Source: a virus. From it: a DNA stretch of 64,000 nucleotides. Location of the stretch: positions 49,294-113,293 of the IMG/VR virus record IMGVR_UViG_3300042878_002532; one strand, 5' to 3'. The notes below the pieces were generated by a model. That model had not been told where the DNA came from. It worked only from the letters and a program-made list of their open reading frames with translations, and made no database searches. This document shows positions 39,260 through 48,339 of this stretch, in pieces. Made by a program: the position numbers and the translations under genes. Every line of letters begins with the position of its first letter. Positions within the stretch are counted from its first letter, which is position 1.

Positions 39260-39880
39260 TTATTTAATCTTATCCTGAGCTTTGTTCAACATTGCCTGCT
39301 TTATCATCTCGTTCAATTCTCGATTTGTTGTAACTTCACCTTCTGGACTTTTATTTTCCGATTCAATAGGTAGTGCTTCCTGTTCTATTTCGTTGTATCC
39401 TAAGTCTTTTCTGAGTGTCTTATAGAACTTTTCAAGTTCCGTCTTTTGGCCTGATAAAAATTTAGCATTTTCTCTAATTTGACCGACTGTCTGATTAACT
39501 ACTTCATGCATTCTTGCAGAGTTATCACCATTATCTACCTGTCTCATCTGTGTAAGAAGGTTCTTTCTTGTCATCTTAGTCAGAAATATAGCTTCGGCGT
39601 AAACCATAGCATCTTCTTTCATCTTGCTTTTTATATAAGGGTGTTCTTTTAACTTAGGTACGTCACCTAGGTATAGATCCACAAGTGGTTCTAATACGTC
39701 CATTGCTTGTTGACTGGCTACAGTTAGATCTGAGTCATAGTCATATATTTCAATCTCACCTAAATCCGGTAAGTCTTCTGGTCTGGCTAGATGTTTAGAA
39801 AAATCAAAGTCTCCGTTTTCCGATTGTATTTCATCGAACTCGTATTTTATTCTGTTTTTTTCGTTTTCTTCTTTAGACAT
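39260..39880 (-). CDS. terS: Terminase small subunit (T4 gp16-like)
   Basis: DNSARMHEVVNQTVGQI resembles gp16 DSPRHMEVFATLMGQM; adjacent to TerL. Confidence 0.6.
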   Translation of the reverse strand: MSKEENEKNRIKYEFDEIQSENGDFDFSKHLARPEDLPDLGEIEIYDYDSDLTVASQQAMDVLEPLVDLYLGDVPKLKEHPYIKSKMKEDAMVYAEAIFLTKMTRKNLLTQMRQVDNGDNSARMHEVVNQTVGQIRENAKFLSGQKTELEKFYKTLRKDLGYNEIEQEALPIESENKSPEGEVTTNRELNEMIKQAMLNKAQDKIK

Positions 39881-39882
39881 GT

Positions 39883-40065
39883 TTAAACATAATTATTTTT
39901 GGTAAGTTTGGCGTCTTCTCTTTCCAAGAAGCCTTTTAATATCTTGTCTATTAGTTTAGACTTGTTTATAGAGTTCTCTTCGCAATACTGCTCGAACTCT
40001 TTATAGGTCTCTATATCAATAGAGAAACCTACTTTTAGCTTGTTGACACCTGATTTCCTTCCCAT
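39883..40065 (-). CDS. Ribbon-helix-helix (CopG/Arc-like) DNA-binding protein
   Basis: KVGFSID (strand), ETYKEFEQYC (helix), NKSKLIDKIL (helix). Confidence 0.7.
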   Translation of the reverse strand: MGRKSGVNKLKVGFSIDIETYKEFEQYCEENSINKSKLIDKILKGFLEREDAKLTKNNYV

Positions 40066-40144
40066 ATAGTATATATAAATAGAAAAAAATGTATTTTTTC
40101 CACTTTTACCCTTTTATATATACAAAAAACAAAAAATACTATAT

Positions 40145-42298
40145 ATGGCTGTAAAAGCAAACGAAACCGAAAGGCAGATGATTTTTACCACCAAATTTGT
40201 CGATGAGGCAACTGATAAGATAAACGACGGTATAGTCGTCAAAAGATATCAGAATCCTTGGATGAAGAGCGAAGTCGGTATCAGAAGAGCAGGCGTCTCT
40301 TTTAGAATGACTCCCGAAGAACAACAAGAATACGTAAGATGTGCATTAGATATACATTACTTTACTGAGAAGTATTGTAAGACAAAAAGAGAAGATGGTT
40401 CTGTTGGTTCGATAACTCTTAGAGATTACCAAAAAGAAATCTTAGACAACTTTGTCAACAACAGATTCAATATACTTATGGCATCGAGACAGGTTGGTAA
40501 AACCGTGTCTTCTGCTATTTTCATACTACATACGATATTATTCAGTAATGATAAGAACTGTATGATTGTTGCCAACAAAGGTGATACTGCAATTGAGATT
40601 GTGGATAAAGTAAAATCGATATACACACTTCTTCCATTCTTCTTAAAACCAGGTGTAAAGACTTGGAATCAAAAATCTCTTACATTTGAGAATGGTTGTA
40701 GAATAAAAACATCTGCAAGATCTAAGACTCCTGCGATTGGTTTTACCATTGACGTTCTTTACTTAGATGAGTTTGCACATATTCCATCGAATATCATCGA
40801 ACCATACTATACCGCTGCGTTTCCGACCGTTTCTGCGGTACAAAACTCAAAGATTATCATTACATCAACACCAAATGGTATGAACTTATTTCATAGGTTA
40901 TTAACAGATGCTGAAAGACCTGATGGTGATCCAATGAAGAATAACTACAAACCTATGAGGGTTTACTGGTATCAGGTTCCTGGTAGGTTTGTGACTTATA
41001 TAAGATTGAATCCACACAAACTTTATGAATATGGTGTTACAAAAGACGACATATTTAAATTAGTACAAGATACGTTTGGTGAAGTCACAAAGACAAAGAT
41101 TGAGTTTAACTTAGACCAGCAGAAAGATGTTATTCATGTATTTAACAATGAAAAGTGTACAGATGAAGAAGTTAAATCACTTCATTTTATAGACAAAAAT
41201 GGATTTGAGACTTCTATATTAGCCATTGCAGAGATGACAACGTGGAAAGACGAAGCTGTGAAGGATATTGGTGGAGAAGATGCGTTCAATCAAGAGTATG
41301 GACTTAGATTTATTAACTCAAGTAAGTCTCTTTTGAATGAGGCCATAATAGATGAACTTTTAAAATCTAAAAAGAACTATATCTATGAAGAAATATTTGA
41401 GTTTAAGAACAAACTGAGGTTTATGTATGAAGACTTAAAATGGATTGATGATGATGAAGTACATATGCCATTAAAAAGAAAAGAATATAAATATGTTCTT
41501 TCTGTCGATATATCCGAAGGTTTAGGACAAGATTACTCTATCATAAACATATTTAAAGTTTCTGAAAAACCTGTAGATTTAATAGAAACACAAAAACACA
41601 AATACAAGGCCATTACTGATTTCTTCAGACTTGAACAGGTTGGATTATACAGAAACAACTTTGTTTCTGTCAAACAATTAGCAGAACTTCTTTATCTTCT
41701 TGTTTTTGAATATTTGAATCCTGATAATGTAAGAGTAGTTCTTGAGTTAAACAACTATGGAAACACACTATTGGCGGAGATGCCGCACGTTTTTGATGGT
41801 AACAACAACTATGGTTCATCGGTGTTTGTTAGGTATAAACATAGAATAGATTCGACTGAAGAAAAACTTGGACTAAAAGTTGGTGAGAATAAAAACATGA
41901 TGGTTAAAGACTATCAAGAACTTATGTATAGTAGAGGATTTCATATTACAAATGAGGATAATATTAGAGAAATAACAACTTTTGTTAAGCATGTCACTAC
42001 CGCAGGTAACGTAAGATATGCAGCAGACGTAGGACATGATGATACGGTTATGACCGTGGTCAATGCCACTTCTATTTTTGCCAAATCAGAATTCAAAGAG
42101 ATGGTCGAAGAGTGGGGTAATAAATATAGTCCTAAAGAGTTTATGGCTTATGTCAACGACTGTATGAAAAACATGGATTATGTACAAGGAATTGACTATA
42201 GTCAGGTTCTTAGTGTTAGAAGACAGGTTATGTCACGAAATAAAGTGTCTAATGTAGGATCTAATCCGAATGGAATAAACTGGTTCAATAGACCTTAA
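40145..42298 (+). CDS. terL: Terminase large subunit (T4 gp17-like)
   Basis: LRDYQ, ASRQVGKT (Walker A), YLDEFAH (Walker B), TSTPNG, VDISEGLGQDYS and GHDDTVM. Confidence 0.95.
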   Translation: MAVKANETERQMIFTTKFVDEATDKINDGIVVKRYQNPWMKSEVGIRRAGVSFRMTPEEQQEYVRCALDIHYFTEKYCKTKREDGSVGSITLRDYQKEILDNFVNNRFNILMASRQVGKTVSSAIFILHTILFSNDKNCMIVANKGDTAIEIVDKVKSIYTLLPFFLKPGVKTWNQKSLTFENGCRIKTSARSKTPAIGFTIDVLYLDEFAHIPSNIIEPYYTAAFPTVSAVQNSKIIITSTPNGMNLFHRLLTDAERPDGDPMKNNYKPMRVYWYQVPGRFVTYIRLNPHKLYEYGVTKDDIFKLVQDTFGEVTKTKIEFNLDQQKDVIHVFNNEKCTDEEVKSLHFIDKNGFETSILAIAEMTTWKDEAVKDIGGEDAFNQEYGLRFINSSKSLLNEAIIDELLKSKKNYIYEEIFEFKNKLRFMYEDLKWIDDDEVHMPLKRKEYKYVLSVDISEGLGQDYSIINIFKVSEKPVDLIETQKHKYKAITDFFRLEQVGLYRNNFVSVKQLAELLYLLVFEYLNPDNVRVVLELNNYGNTLLAEMPHVFDGNNNYGSSVFVRYKHRIDSTEEKLGLKVGENKNMMVKDYQELMYSRGFHITNEDNIREITTFVKHVTTAGNVRYAADVGHDDTVMTVVNATSIFAKSEFKEMVEEWGNKYSPKEFMAYVNDCMKNMDYVQGIDYSQVLSVRRQVMSRNKVSNVGSNPNGINWFNRP

Positions 42299-42309
42299 TG
42301 ATTGAAAAT

Positions 42310-42340
42310 AAAAAATCCACTCATTGAGTGGATTTTTTTT
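42310..42340. terminator. CCACTC-family bidirectional terminator
   Basis: AAAAATCCACTCA-t-TGAGTGGATTTTT. Confidence 0.75.
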
Positions 42341-42341
42341 A

Positions 42342-42620
42342 TTAGTTAGCTTCCATTGTTACTGAAAGTCCTGCAGTTTTTAGTTTTTCTTTCATTGTAG
42401 AGATTGTATCGTAGTCTCCATATTTCACATCACATTTACCTCTAAAGTGAACTATATGTGCACACTGATTTGCTTGTTCCTGCTCATGTTTACATATTTT
42501 CATAAGACACGTTATTACCCAATCAAACGAGTTGTAGTCATCATTGTGAAGGTCTAATCGATAAGGCTTTGACAGAATTTCTTCAACTTTCGATTCTACT
42601 TGTTCTTTAATTTTACCCAT
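42342..42620 (-). CDS. clpS: ClpS N-degron adaptor
   Basis: LHNDDYNSFDWVITCL...QANQCAHIVHFRGKCDVK is a Bacteroidota-type ClpS signature. Confidence 0.88.
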   Translation of the reverse strand: MGKIKEQVESKVEEILSKPYRLDLHNDDYNSFDWVITCLMKICKHEQEQANQCAHIVHFRGKCDVKYGDYDTISTMKEKLKTAGLSVTMEAN

Positions 42621-42649
42621 AGTGTATTATCTTATTTTTTGATTATATA

Positions 42650-43183
42650 TTATATACTAGATCCTTGAATAGTTGTTTCTGTTTTGTTAACAACGTCTAC
42701 TATTGTACTTTTGATATCTTGCTCTTTTGCCCATTCTACGAATTTAGGCAAGTGTGCTTCTCTATCGTCGTAGAACTTCAATTCTTTCACTCCTAATTTT
42801 TTGATTGTTCTTTCTAATAAGTTGCATTTGAAAATAAATGTGTCACTTCCCCAGTTTAAGTGAACTTCATCAAATTCTATGTTGTTGTCTCTTAGAATCT
42901 TTTCAACGCCTTCTCTCATACCGGGAACTTTGTCTAATCTACCAGTTGCTAAAATTACATAAGCGTCTGGGTCAGCTATTGCTTCCAGATATTTTTGGTA
43001 AGTCCATTCGTTTCTTGGAATGTTGAATATCTCATCATCGATAGATTCTGGTTTACCCCACCAACCTCTATGTGGCCAATCTGTTCCTGTTTTTTCTTTC
43101 CAAACTACTTTTCCATCTTCTGGAAGTGGAGTGTGAAATAATGTGTCGTCAAAATCAAAACAGATAAGTCTTTTATACTGCAT
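42650..43183 (-). CDS. HAD-family phosphatase (RNA-repair 'Swiss Army Knife'-type)
   Basis: FDFDDTLFHTP, LATGR, TFIFK and FYDDR; TATATTTG at 43207-43214. Confidence 0.75.
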   Translation of the reverse strand: MQYKRLICFDFDDTLFHTPLPEDGKVVWKEKTGTDWPHRGWWGKPESIDDEIFNIPRNEWTYQKYLEAIADPDAYVILATGRLDKVPGMREGVEKILRDNNIEFDEVHLNWGSDTFIFKCNLLERTIKKLGVKELKFYDDREAHLPKFVEWAKEQDIKSTIVDVVNKTETTIQGSSI

Positions 43184-43256
43184 AATGGTTCGTTTTATTT
43201 TATGTACAAATATATATATAATATTTTGATATATAAATTAAAATAGAAGAAAAATT

Positions 43257-43667
43257 ATGAAAATAGATTTAAAAAAGACACTTTTGTATTTTATCGGTGC
43301 TTGTTTATTAGTTTCTGTGTTTCTAAACTTCAAAGGTTGTAACAGAGAATCTTTTGATAAATTGGAGGAAAAAAACAGATTGTTAGAGAAGACAAGAGAT
43401 TCTCTTAAATATACAAACCAAAATCTTAAAAAAGAATTTGATAATATTCAAGTGATTATTGATAAAAGAGATGCACGTATAGCAGATCTACAGATACAGA
43501 TAGAAGTATCTAAGCAAAATGTTATGGATTATAAGAATCGCGCGGATAAAGCAAACAAAGATTTGATAGAAACGAATAAAAAACTTGAAAATCTTAGAAA
43601 GAACCCAATCAAAAGAGACGATGATGACCTTATCAACTCTTTCAAAAACAAACTTAAAACCCCATGA
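43257..43667 (+). CDS. Membrane-anchored coiled-coil protein (spanin-like candidate)
   Basis: N-terminal hydrophobic helix ending FKGC, then a long coiled coil. Confidence 0.5.
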   Translation: MKIDLKKTLLYFIGACLLVSVFLNFKGCNRESFDKLEEKNRLLEKTRDSLKYTNQNLKKEFDNIQVIIDKRDARIADLQIQIEVSKQNVMDYKNRADKANKDLIETNKKLENLRKNPIKRDDDDLINSFKNKLKTP

Positions 43668-44149
43668 AAATAATATTGAGTATAATGCTTGTTCTTATTT
43701 CTTTCCTATCGTATTCTCAGGAATATCCTAAGATTGAACTAAATCAAAAAGGTGAGAAAGTTGTCATCTTCACTTTAAGTCAGGCACAAAAAATAGACAA
43801 CGATTTAGAAATACTAAATATTTTAGAAAAGTCTAAAATACAATGTGATAGTTTAAATGTTTCCTATATTAAGATAGTTGATGCACAGAACCATCAGATA
43901 GTATTACTTGAAAAAAACGTTTCTGAACTAAATTTACAAGTAAATGATAAAGACTCTCAAATAAACAACCTATCTACTCAGGTAAAAAATCTTGAAGAAA
44001 GTAATAAGATATGTGATGAGCAGAAATGTATAAAAGATAAGCAGATGGATGGTCTCAAAGATGATTTGAAAAAAGAGAAGATTAAAAAGTGGTTATTTGG
44101 AGGTGTAGGTCTCGCGGTCGGAATATTGGCAATCTTAATAGCACATTAA
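43664..44149 (+). CDS. Exported coiled-coil protein with a C-terminal TM helix (spanin-partner candidate)
   Basis: Signal peptide, coiled coil and WLFGGVGLAVGILAILIAH; overlaps the upstream gene by 4 nt. Confidence 0.5.
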   Translation: MKIILSIMLVLISFLSYSQEYPKIELNQKGEKVVIFTLSQAQKIDNDLEILNILEKSKIQCDSLNVSYIKIVDAQNHQIVLLEKNVSELNLQVNDKDSQINNLSTQVKNLEESNKICDEQKCIKDKQMDGLKDDLKKEKIKKWLFGGVGLAVGILAILIAH

Positions 44150-44209
44150 AAGTGTAAAAAATGATATTTTTTACTTAATATATAACTATATAAAAAATTA
44201 AACCAAAAC

Positions 44210-44908
44210 ATGAAACATATCAGACAATTTGAAAGTTTTAGAGTTCAGAAAAACAGACAAGAAATAATCAGCGAAGCTGTTCTTCAAGTGAACGATATCT
44301 ATAAGGTTAAAACTATGATCGATATTCCACAATCTTTAATCAATTCTTATGTTAAGAAAGTTAAAGATACTACAGGAAAAAATCTTCGTCAGTTTTTCGG
44401 TGATGTTGACATCGCGGAAGAGATTGTAAAATACATAACTCTTAACAATACAGACGTTGAGAAGATTCCTGGAAACGCTTTAATGGGCGGTGCACAAGGA
44501 CAAGTTCAAGGACAGGGTCAAGGACAGGTTCAAGTTCAAACTGAAGGTGAGGCACAAACTCAAGGACAGGAACAAGCTCAACCACAAGCTCAACCACAGG
44601 GTCAAGGTCAAGAACAAGCTCAACCACAAGGACAGGGTCAAGAACAAGCTCAACCACAAGCACAATCACAAGAAGGTGATTTTGAAGAGCCACAAGCTCA
44701 ACCACAAGGACAAGGACAGGAACAAGCTCAACCACAGGCACAAGGACAAGCTCAAACTGGTCAAGGACAAGCTCAAGGACAGGGTCAAGGACAAGCTCAA
44801 GGACAGGGTCAAGGACAAGGACAGGGACAACCACAAGGACAGGGTCAAGCTCAAGGACAAGGACAGGGTCAAGAAGAAGATGAAGATGAAGAAGAACTTC
44901 CAGCTTAA
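44210..44908 (+). CDS. Gln/Gly-rich protein with a capsid-targeting-like N-terminus
   Basis: MKHIRQFES...IISE, an approximately 125-aa Q-x dipeptide repeat and an acidic C-terminus. Confidence 0.75.
   Translation: MKHIRQFESFRVQKNRQEIISEAVLQVNDIYKVKTMIDIPQSLINSYVKKVKDTTGKNLRQFFGDVDIAEEIVKYITLNNTDVEKIPGNALMGGAQGQVQGQGQGQVQVQTEGEAQTQGQEQAQPQAQPQGQGQEQAQPQGQGQEQAQPQAQSQEGDFEEPQAQPQGQGQEQAQPQAQGQAQTGQGQAQGQGQGQAQGQGQGQGQGQPQGQGQAQGQGQGQEEDEDEEELPA
44492..44873 (+). repeat. Coding QG/QA/QP repeat
   Basis: caaggacag and caagctcaaccacaa units. Confidence 0.85.
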
Positions 44909-44979
44909 TCAAAAATACTAGTATCTAGAAATTAAAAACCTATCAGAAATGATGGGTTTTTTTATTTAATATATAAAAT

Positions 44980-45627
44980 ATGAAAAAAATCATTACATGG
45001 GAAGAGTTTAATGAATCTTATAATAAACCAAGAGTAGGTGGTAAAAAGAGATGGTCTGTTAAATATAAAAAAACAATAGACTGTAATAATCCTAAAGGTT
45101 TTTCACAAAAACAATATTGTAAGAGAAAAAGAAAAGGTGGTAATTATAAGTCTGTTAAAGAAAACTTTGGTCTATCTGACCAAGAAATAGAAAATAAGAT
45201 AATGGAAGTATGGAAAGTAGATCCATATGAGTTTAAAGACTACATTACTTCATCTATGGATCATGGTGACTTATATGGAAGTTGTAATTTGACTTTTGTT
45301 CTTTGGTATCCTTATCCAGATTCTAATGTCGAACCATGTGCCATATTTATGTTAGAAGATAACGAATGGAAGAAAGGACCTTGGTATGACAATATGGATG
45401 CTATATTGAAAAGTGAAAGATATGAAGTTGGTATAGAAGCTTGGGTTCCGGATGTTGGTGGTAATCATGAAAAGATAGAGAAGTTTTACAACTACGCAAA
45501 CAGAGTTCTACAGGAAGCGGATATACCATACATTGCATCTTATCCAGATGTTCGACACGAAGGAAAGATACTTTTAGAGTATGGCTATACCTGGGGTTAT
45601 AAAACAAAATTCATTGGCGACGAATAA
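44980..45627 (+). CDS. Putative internal-head protein
   Basis: MKKIITWEEFNE; a basic KKTIDCNNPKGFSQKQYC module, then a VKE site and a second domain. Confidence 0.65.
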   Translation: MKKIITWEEFNESYNKPRVGGKKRWSVKYKKTIDCNNPKGFSQKQYCKRKRKGGNYKSVKENFGLSDQEIENKIMEVWKVDPYEFKDYITSSMDHGDLYGSCNLTFVLWYPYPDSNVEPCAIFMLEDNEWKKGPWYDNMDAILKSERYEVGIEAWVPDVGGNHEKIEKFYNYANRVLQEADIPYIASYPDVRHEGKILLEYGYTWGYKTKFIGDE

Positions 45628-45655
45628 ATCTAAATGAGAAAATAATATATAGTAA

Positions 45656-46306
45656 ATGAGATACCTAAAAACGTTCGAAAGCCACAGCAGTAAAGACATT
45701 CTTATTGTTGTTGATGTTCAAAAATCATTCAAAAAATTCTTCAATGAGATTTATCTTCATGAGTTGAAAAAGTATTGTAATGAGTTCAGTAAGGTATATC
45801 AAATCTGGGACAACCACGTAGATGGAAAGAACGTCGATAAAGACTATCTATATGATGAAGATCCTGAAATACCTGTTCATAAAGATCTTTATCACTTTCC
45901 TAACCAAACTGACTTGATTGAGAAAAGATACAACTATGACGTTGATGCAGACTTCTATAAAAAAGTTCTTACACCGGAAACCTATGAAGAAGTTAAGACT
46001 AAAGAAGATGCAAACGAATTGAAAAAGGGAGATTTCTTTCCTACAGAAGAAGGAACTCTTATTATATATGTCGGAAATAACCACAAATGGTATCATATGC
46101 CAAAGAAACTTCACGAACTTTTTACAGAAGTTGCAGAGGCACAAAATATGAATGAAGGATTGAGTGAGGTTAAAGATGTGATTCTTGTAGGTGGTGCAGA
46201 TGGAGAATGTCTTACAGATGTTGAAACTGCAGCAGAGGCAATGGGTGTAAAACTGAGACTTAATCACAAATATATCTATAGTGCTAGCCACTGTCCAATA
46301 AAATAA
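45656..46306 (+). CDS. Isochorismatase/nicotinamidase-family cysteine hydrolase with a capsid-targeting-like N-terminus
   Basis: MRYLKTFES; ILIVVDVQ (Asp), IEK (Lys) and LVGGADGEC (Cys). Confidence 0.7.
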   Translation: MRYLKTFESHSSKDILIVVDVQKSFKKFFNEIYLHELKKYCNEFSKVYQIWDNHVDGKNVDKDYLYDEDPEIPVHKDLYHFPNQTDLIEKRYNYDVDADFYKKVLTPETYEEVKTKEDANELKKGDFFPTEEGTLIIYVGNNHKWYHMPKKLHELFTEVAEAQNMNEGLSEVKDVILVGGADGECLTDVETAAEAMGVKLRLNHKYIYSASHCPIK

Positions 46307-46315
46307 GATTTATAT

Positions 46316-46696
46316 ATGAGACTTATATTAGAGTTTGATAAATATAGTGTTATTGAAGATGTTGTTGCTGAGATGTCTAAGATATTTCCTCATGTGAAAA
46401 TGAAAGGAAGTGTTCTATATGCTTCTTCTATTTTAGACAAAGGTGGAAATCCTCTTGTGAGAATAGACTCAAAACAACCATTGATGGCACTTTTGATTCA
46501 ATTTATTGGTGATCATATTGTTATAAAATCATTTGTAAACTCTGTAAGAGAACCTAACTTCTCAAAAAGATTTATGGATGGTCTTTCAAATGTTTTAGAA
46601 CCAAAATATACCATAGTAGTTGATCAAGATGTGAGTCAAGGATATTGGGACCATATAATCGAAAAGTATCCTCAATTTAATTGGATTAAAAAATAG
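46316..46696 (+). CDS. Hypothetical protein (possibly GNAT-like)
   Basis: MRLILEFDKY start; DVSQGYWDHI weakly resembles a GNAT C-terminal motif. Confidence 0.55.
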   Translation: MRLILEFDKYSVIEDVVAEMSKIFPHVKMKGSVLYASSILDKGGNPLVRIDSKQPLMALLIQFIGDHIVIKSFVNSVREPNFSKRFMDGLSNVLEPKYTIVVDQDVSQGYWDHIIEKYPQFNWIKK

Positions 46697-46705
46697 TTTC
46701 ATTTC

Positions 46706-46912
46706 ATGCCAGCAAAGTCAAAACAACAATTCAAATATGTTTACGCAATGCGTAATAAATATGGTTCTAAGAAAAAGGCTCCTAAAAACATGAAGTGGGT
46801 ATTCAACAAAGAATGGACTGATGTGAGTTTTAAAGATTTACCCAAGAAAATAAAGGAAAAGTGTATATATGATTATGTAAACTTTTTGAATGAAGTGTAT
46901 TTCAAATACTAA
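46706..46912 (+). CDS. Small basic protein
   Basis: MPAKSKQQFKY...DLPKK; C-terminal YVNFLNE. Confidence 0.6.
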   Translation: MPAKSKQQFKYVYAMRNKYGSKKKAPKNMKWVFNKEWTDVSFKDLPKKIKEKCIYDYVNFLNEVYFKY

Positions 46913-47286
46913 CCAACCACCAAATATACATCTAAGTCTCTTATCTGGAAAAATACTTCCATGTATTCTTGATATCTTTCTGGATCTTCAAAAAATGATA
47001 CAGTTAATGTATATTCTATTCCGTTTATTTCTGGAATATAGCTACCAATCTGTTGTTTAAGATCACTTTCTATACTATCCGAAGAAAGTCTCGTCTGGTG
47101 AAGATAGAAAGGAAGGTCTCCTCCGAATTCAGTATCAAAAAAAACCTCACCTTTGTTCGTAAATAGAATCATCTCCCATTTTTGAACGATTACTCTTATT
47201 ACATCGTCTTCTATGAGATCTAATGCTCTGAATCTTGGATGTCCAGGATATCCTAAATAAAAGTCTGTGAAATTAAAGTTCGCCAT
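46909..47286 (-). CDS. Baseplate wedge subunit (T4 gp25-like)
   Basis: ILFTNKGEVFFDTEFGGDL...QIGSYIPE. Confidence 0.8.
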   Translation of the reverse strand: MANFNFTDFYLGYPGHPRFRALDLIEDDVIRVIVQKWEMILFTNKGEVFFDTEFGGDLPFYLHQTRLSSDSIESDLKQQIGSYIPEINGIEYTLTVSFFEDPERYQEYMEVFFQIRDLDVYLVVG

Positions 47287-47314
47287 GAGTTATATATTAA
47301 CTTTGGCATATCCT

Positions 47315-48274
47315 TTATTTTAAAATATCTCTAAACTTCCCTATTATCGTCATACCTAATACAATCGGATCTGTGTTTGTTTCCAGCTTACTTGTATAGT
47401 CTGCTATGACATAGTTACATTCAAACAGTTTATCGATATTTTTACCATTTTCAATAGACCAGTCTATGAATGGCTTACCTAATAACTTAATCATTGAATC
47501 AATCTTCTCTGCACCAAAGTTTGACATAAGAAAATGATAAACACTTTCATAGTTTCCACTTTCATAGATAAAGTTGTACAAATCTTTTTTTACTTTATTG
47601 GATACGTTACTTACTCCATTGTTTATATCTCCTGTCTCTAAAAAATCCTGTACTTCTACAAGAATACCTCTAAAGTCTGGGAACTTTTTGTTTATTATAG
47701 AAACTAAATTTTCTTTAGATATTTCTCGTTCTTCTTTTGGTAAAATAGTGTCTTGTATTCTTTTGTACAACTCCATTTTTAGATGTTTTTCTTCTTCCAC
47801 ATCTATACAATCAAAGTTTACAGTCTTTATTCTAGACTTTAATCCGTCTGAAATTTTGTTGATGTGATTCGTCGTGATTATAAATCTTACACTATTGTTA
47901 TATTTTTCTATGAATGCTTTGAATGCGTCTTGGAATTGTGCAGAAACTCTTTCAAACTCATCTAAAAAAACATATTTTATATCGGAACTTGACTCAAACA
48001 TTGGAGTGAACTTACAGAAATTCTGTATTTCTTCTCTAAGAACATCTATAGAAGTATCTAAAGAACAGTTAAGTTCTAAGTATGGTGTTTCTTTTGTATA
48101 TTTTCCAACAAGTATTCTTGCCAAACTGGTTTTCCCAGTTCCATAGTGACCATAGAAAATATAATGTTGGTTGATACCGTTTTCGAATTGTTTCTTTATT
48201 CGTGGAAGAAGTATGATGTCTTCTAGACGTTTTGGTCTCCATTTCTCCCAAAGCAATAAGTTTTTAACTGACAT
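47315..48274 (-). CDS. Clamp loader ATPase subunit (T4 gp44/RFC-like)
   Basis: LWEKWRP, GHYGTGKTS, FLDEFE, LKSR and FPDFR. Confidence 0.9.
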   Translation of the reverse strand: MSVKNLLLWEKWRPKRLEDIILLPRIKKQFENGINQHYIFYGHYGTGKTSLARILVGKYTKETPYLELNCSLDTSIDVLREEIQNFCKFTPMFESSSDIKYVFLDEFERVSAQFQDAFKAFIEKYNNSVRFIITTNHINKISDGLKSRIKTVNFDCIDVEEEKHLKMELYKRIQDTILPKEEREISKENLVSIINKKFPDFRGILVEVQDFLETGDINNGVSNVSNKVKKDLYNFIYESGNYESVYHFLMSNFGAEKIDSMIKLLGKPFIDWSIENGKNIDKLFECNYVIADYTSKLETNTDPIVLGMTIIGKFRDILK

Positions 48275-48295
48275 ATTAAAGTTTTTTTACACATG

Positions 48296-48323
48296 ATATA
48301 TTGTCGGGTAGAAAGAAAGTTTA
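48296..48323 (-). promoter_or_regulatory. Putative middle-class promoter TAAAC-N18-TATAT
   Basis: Reverse-strand motif upstream of the clamp loader gene. Confidence 0.55.
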
Positions 48324-48339
48324 TTTAATATATATTGAT

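Noticed and set aside
40988-41242. Intein in TerL
   Set aside because: No N-terminal Cys/Ser, no His-Asn terminus, and too short.
44442-44921. Alternative-frame and antisense ORFs (VLDPVLEL, LSL and KDKLKDR repeats)
   Set aside because: They are shadows of the QG repeat; the same applies to 35749-35970 and 57433-57967.
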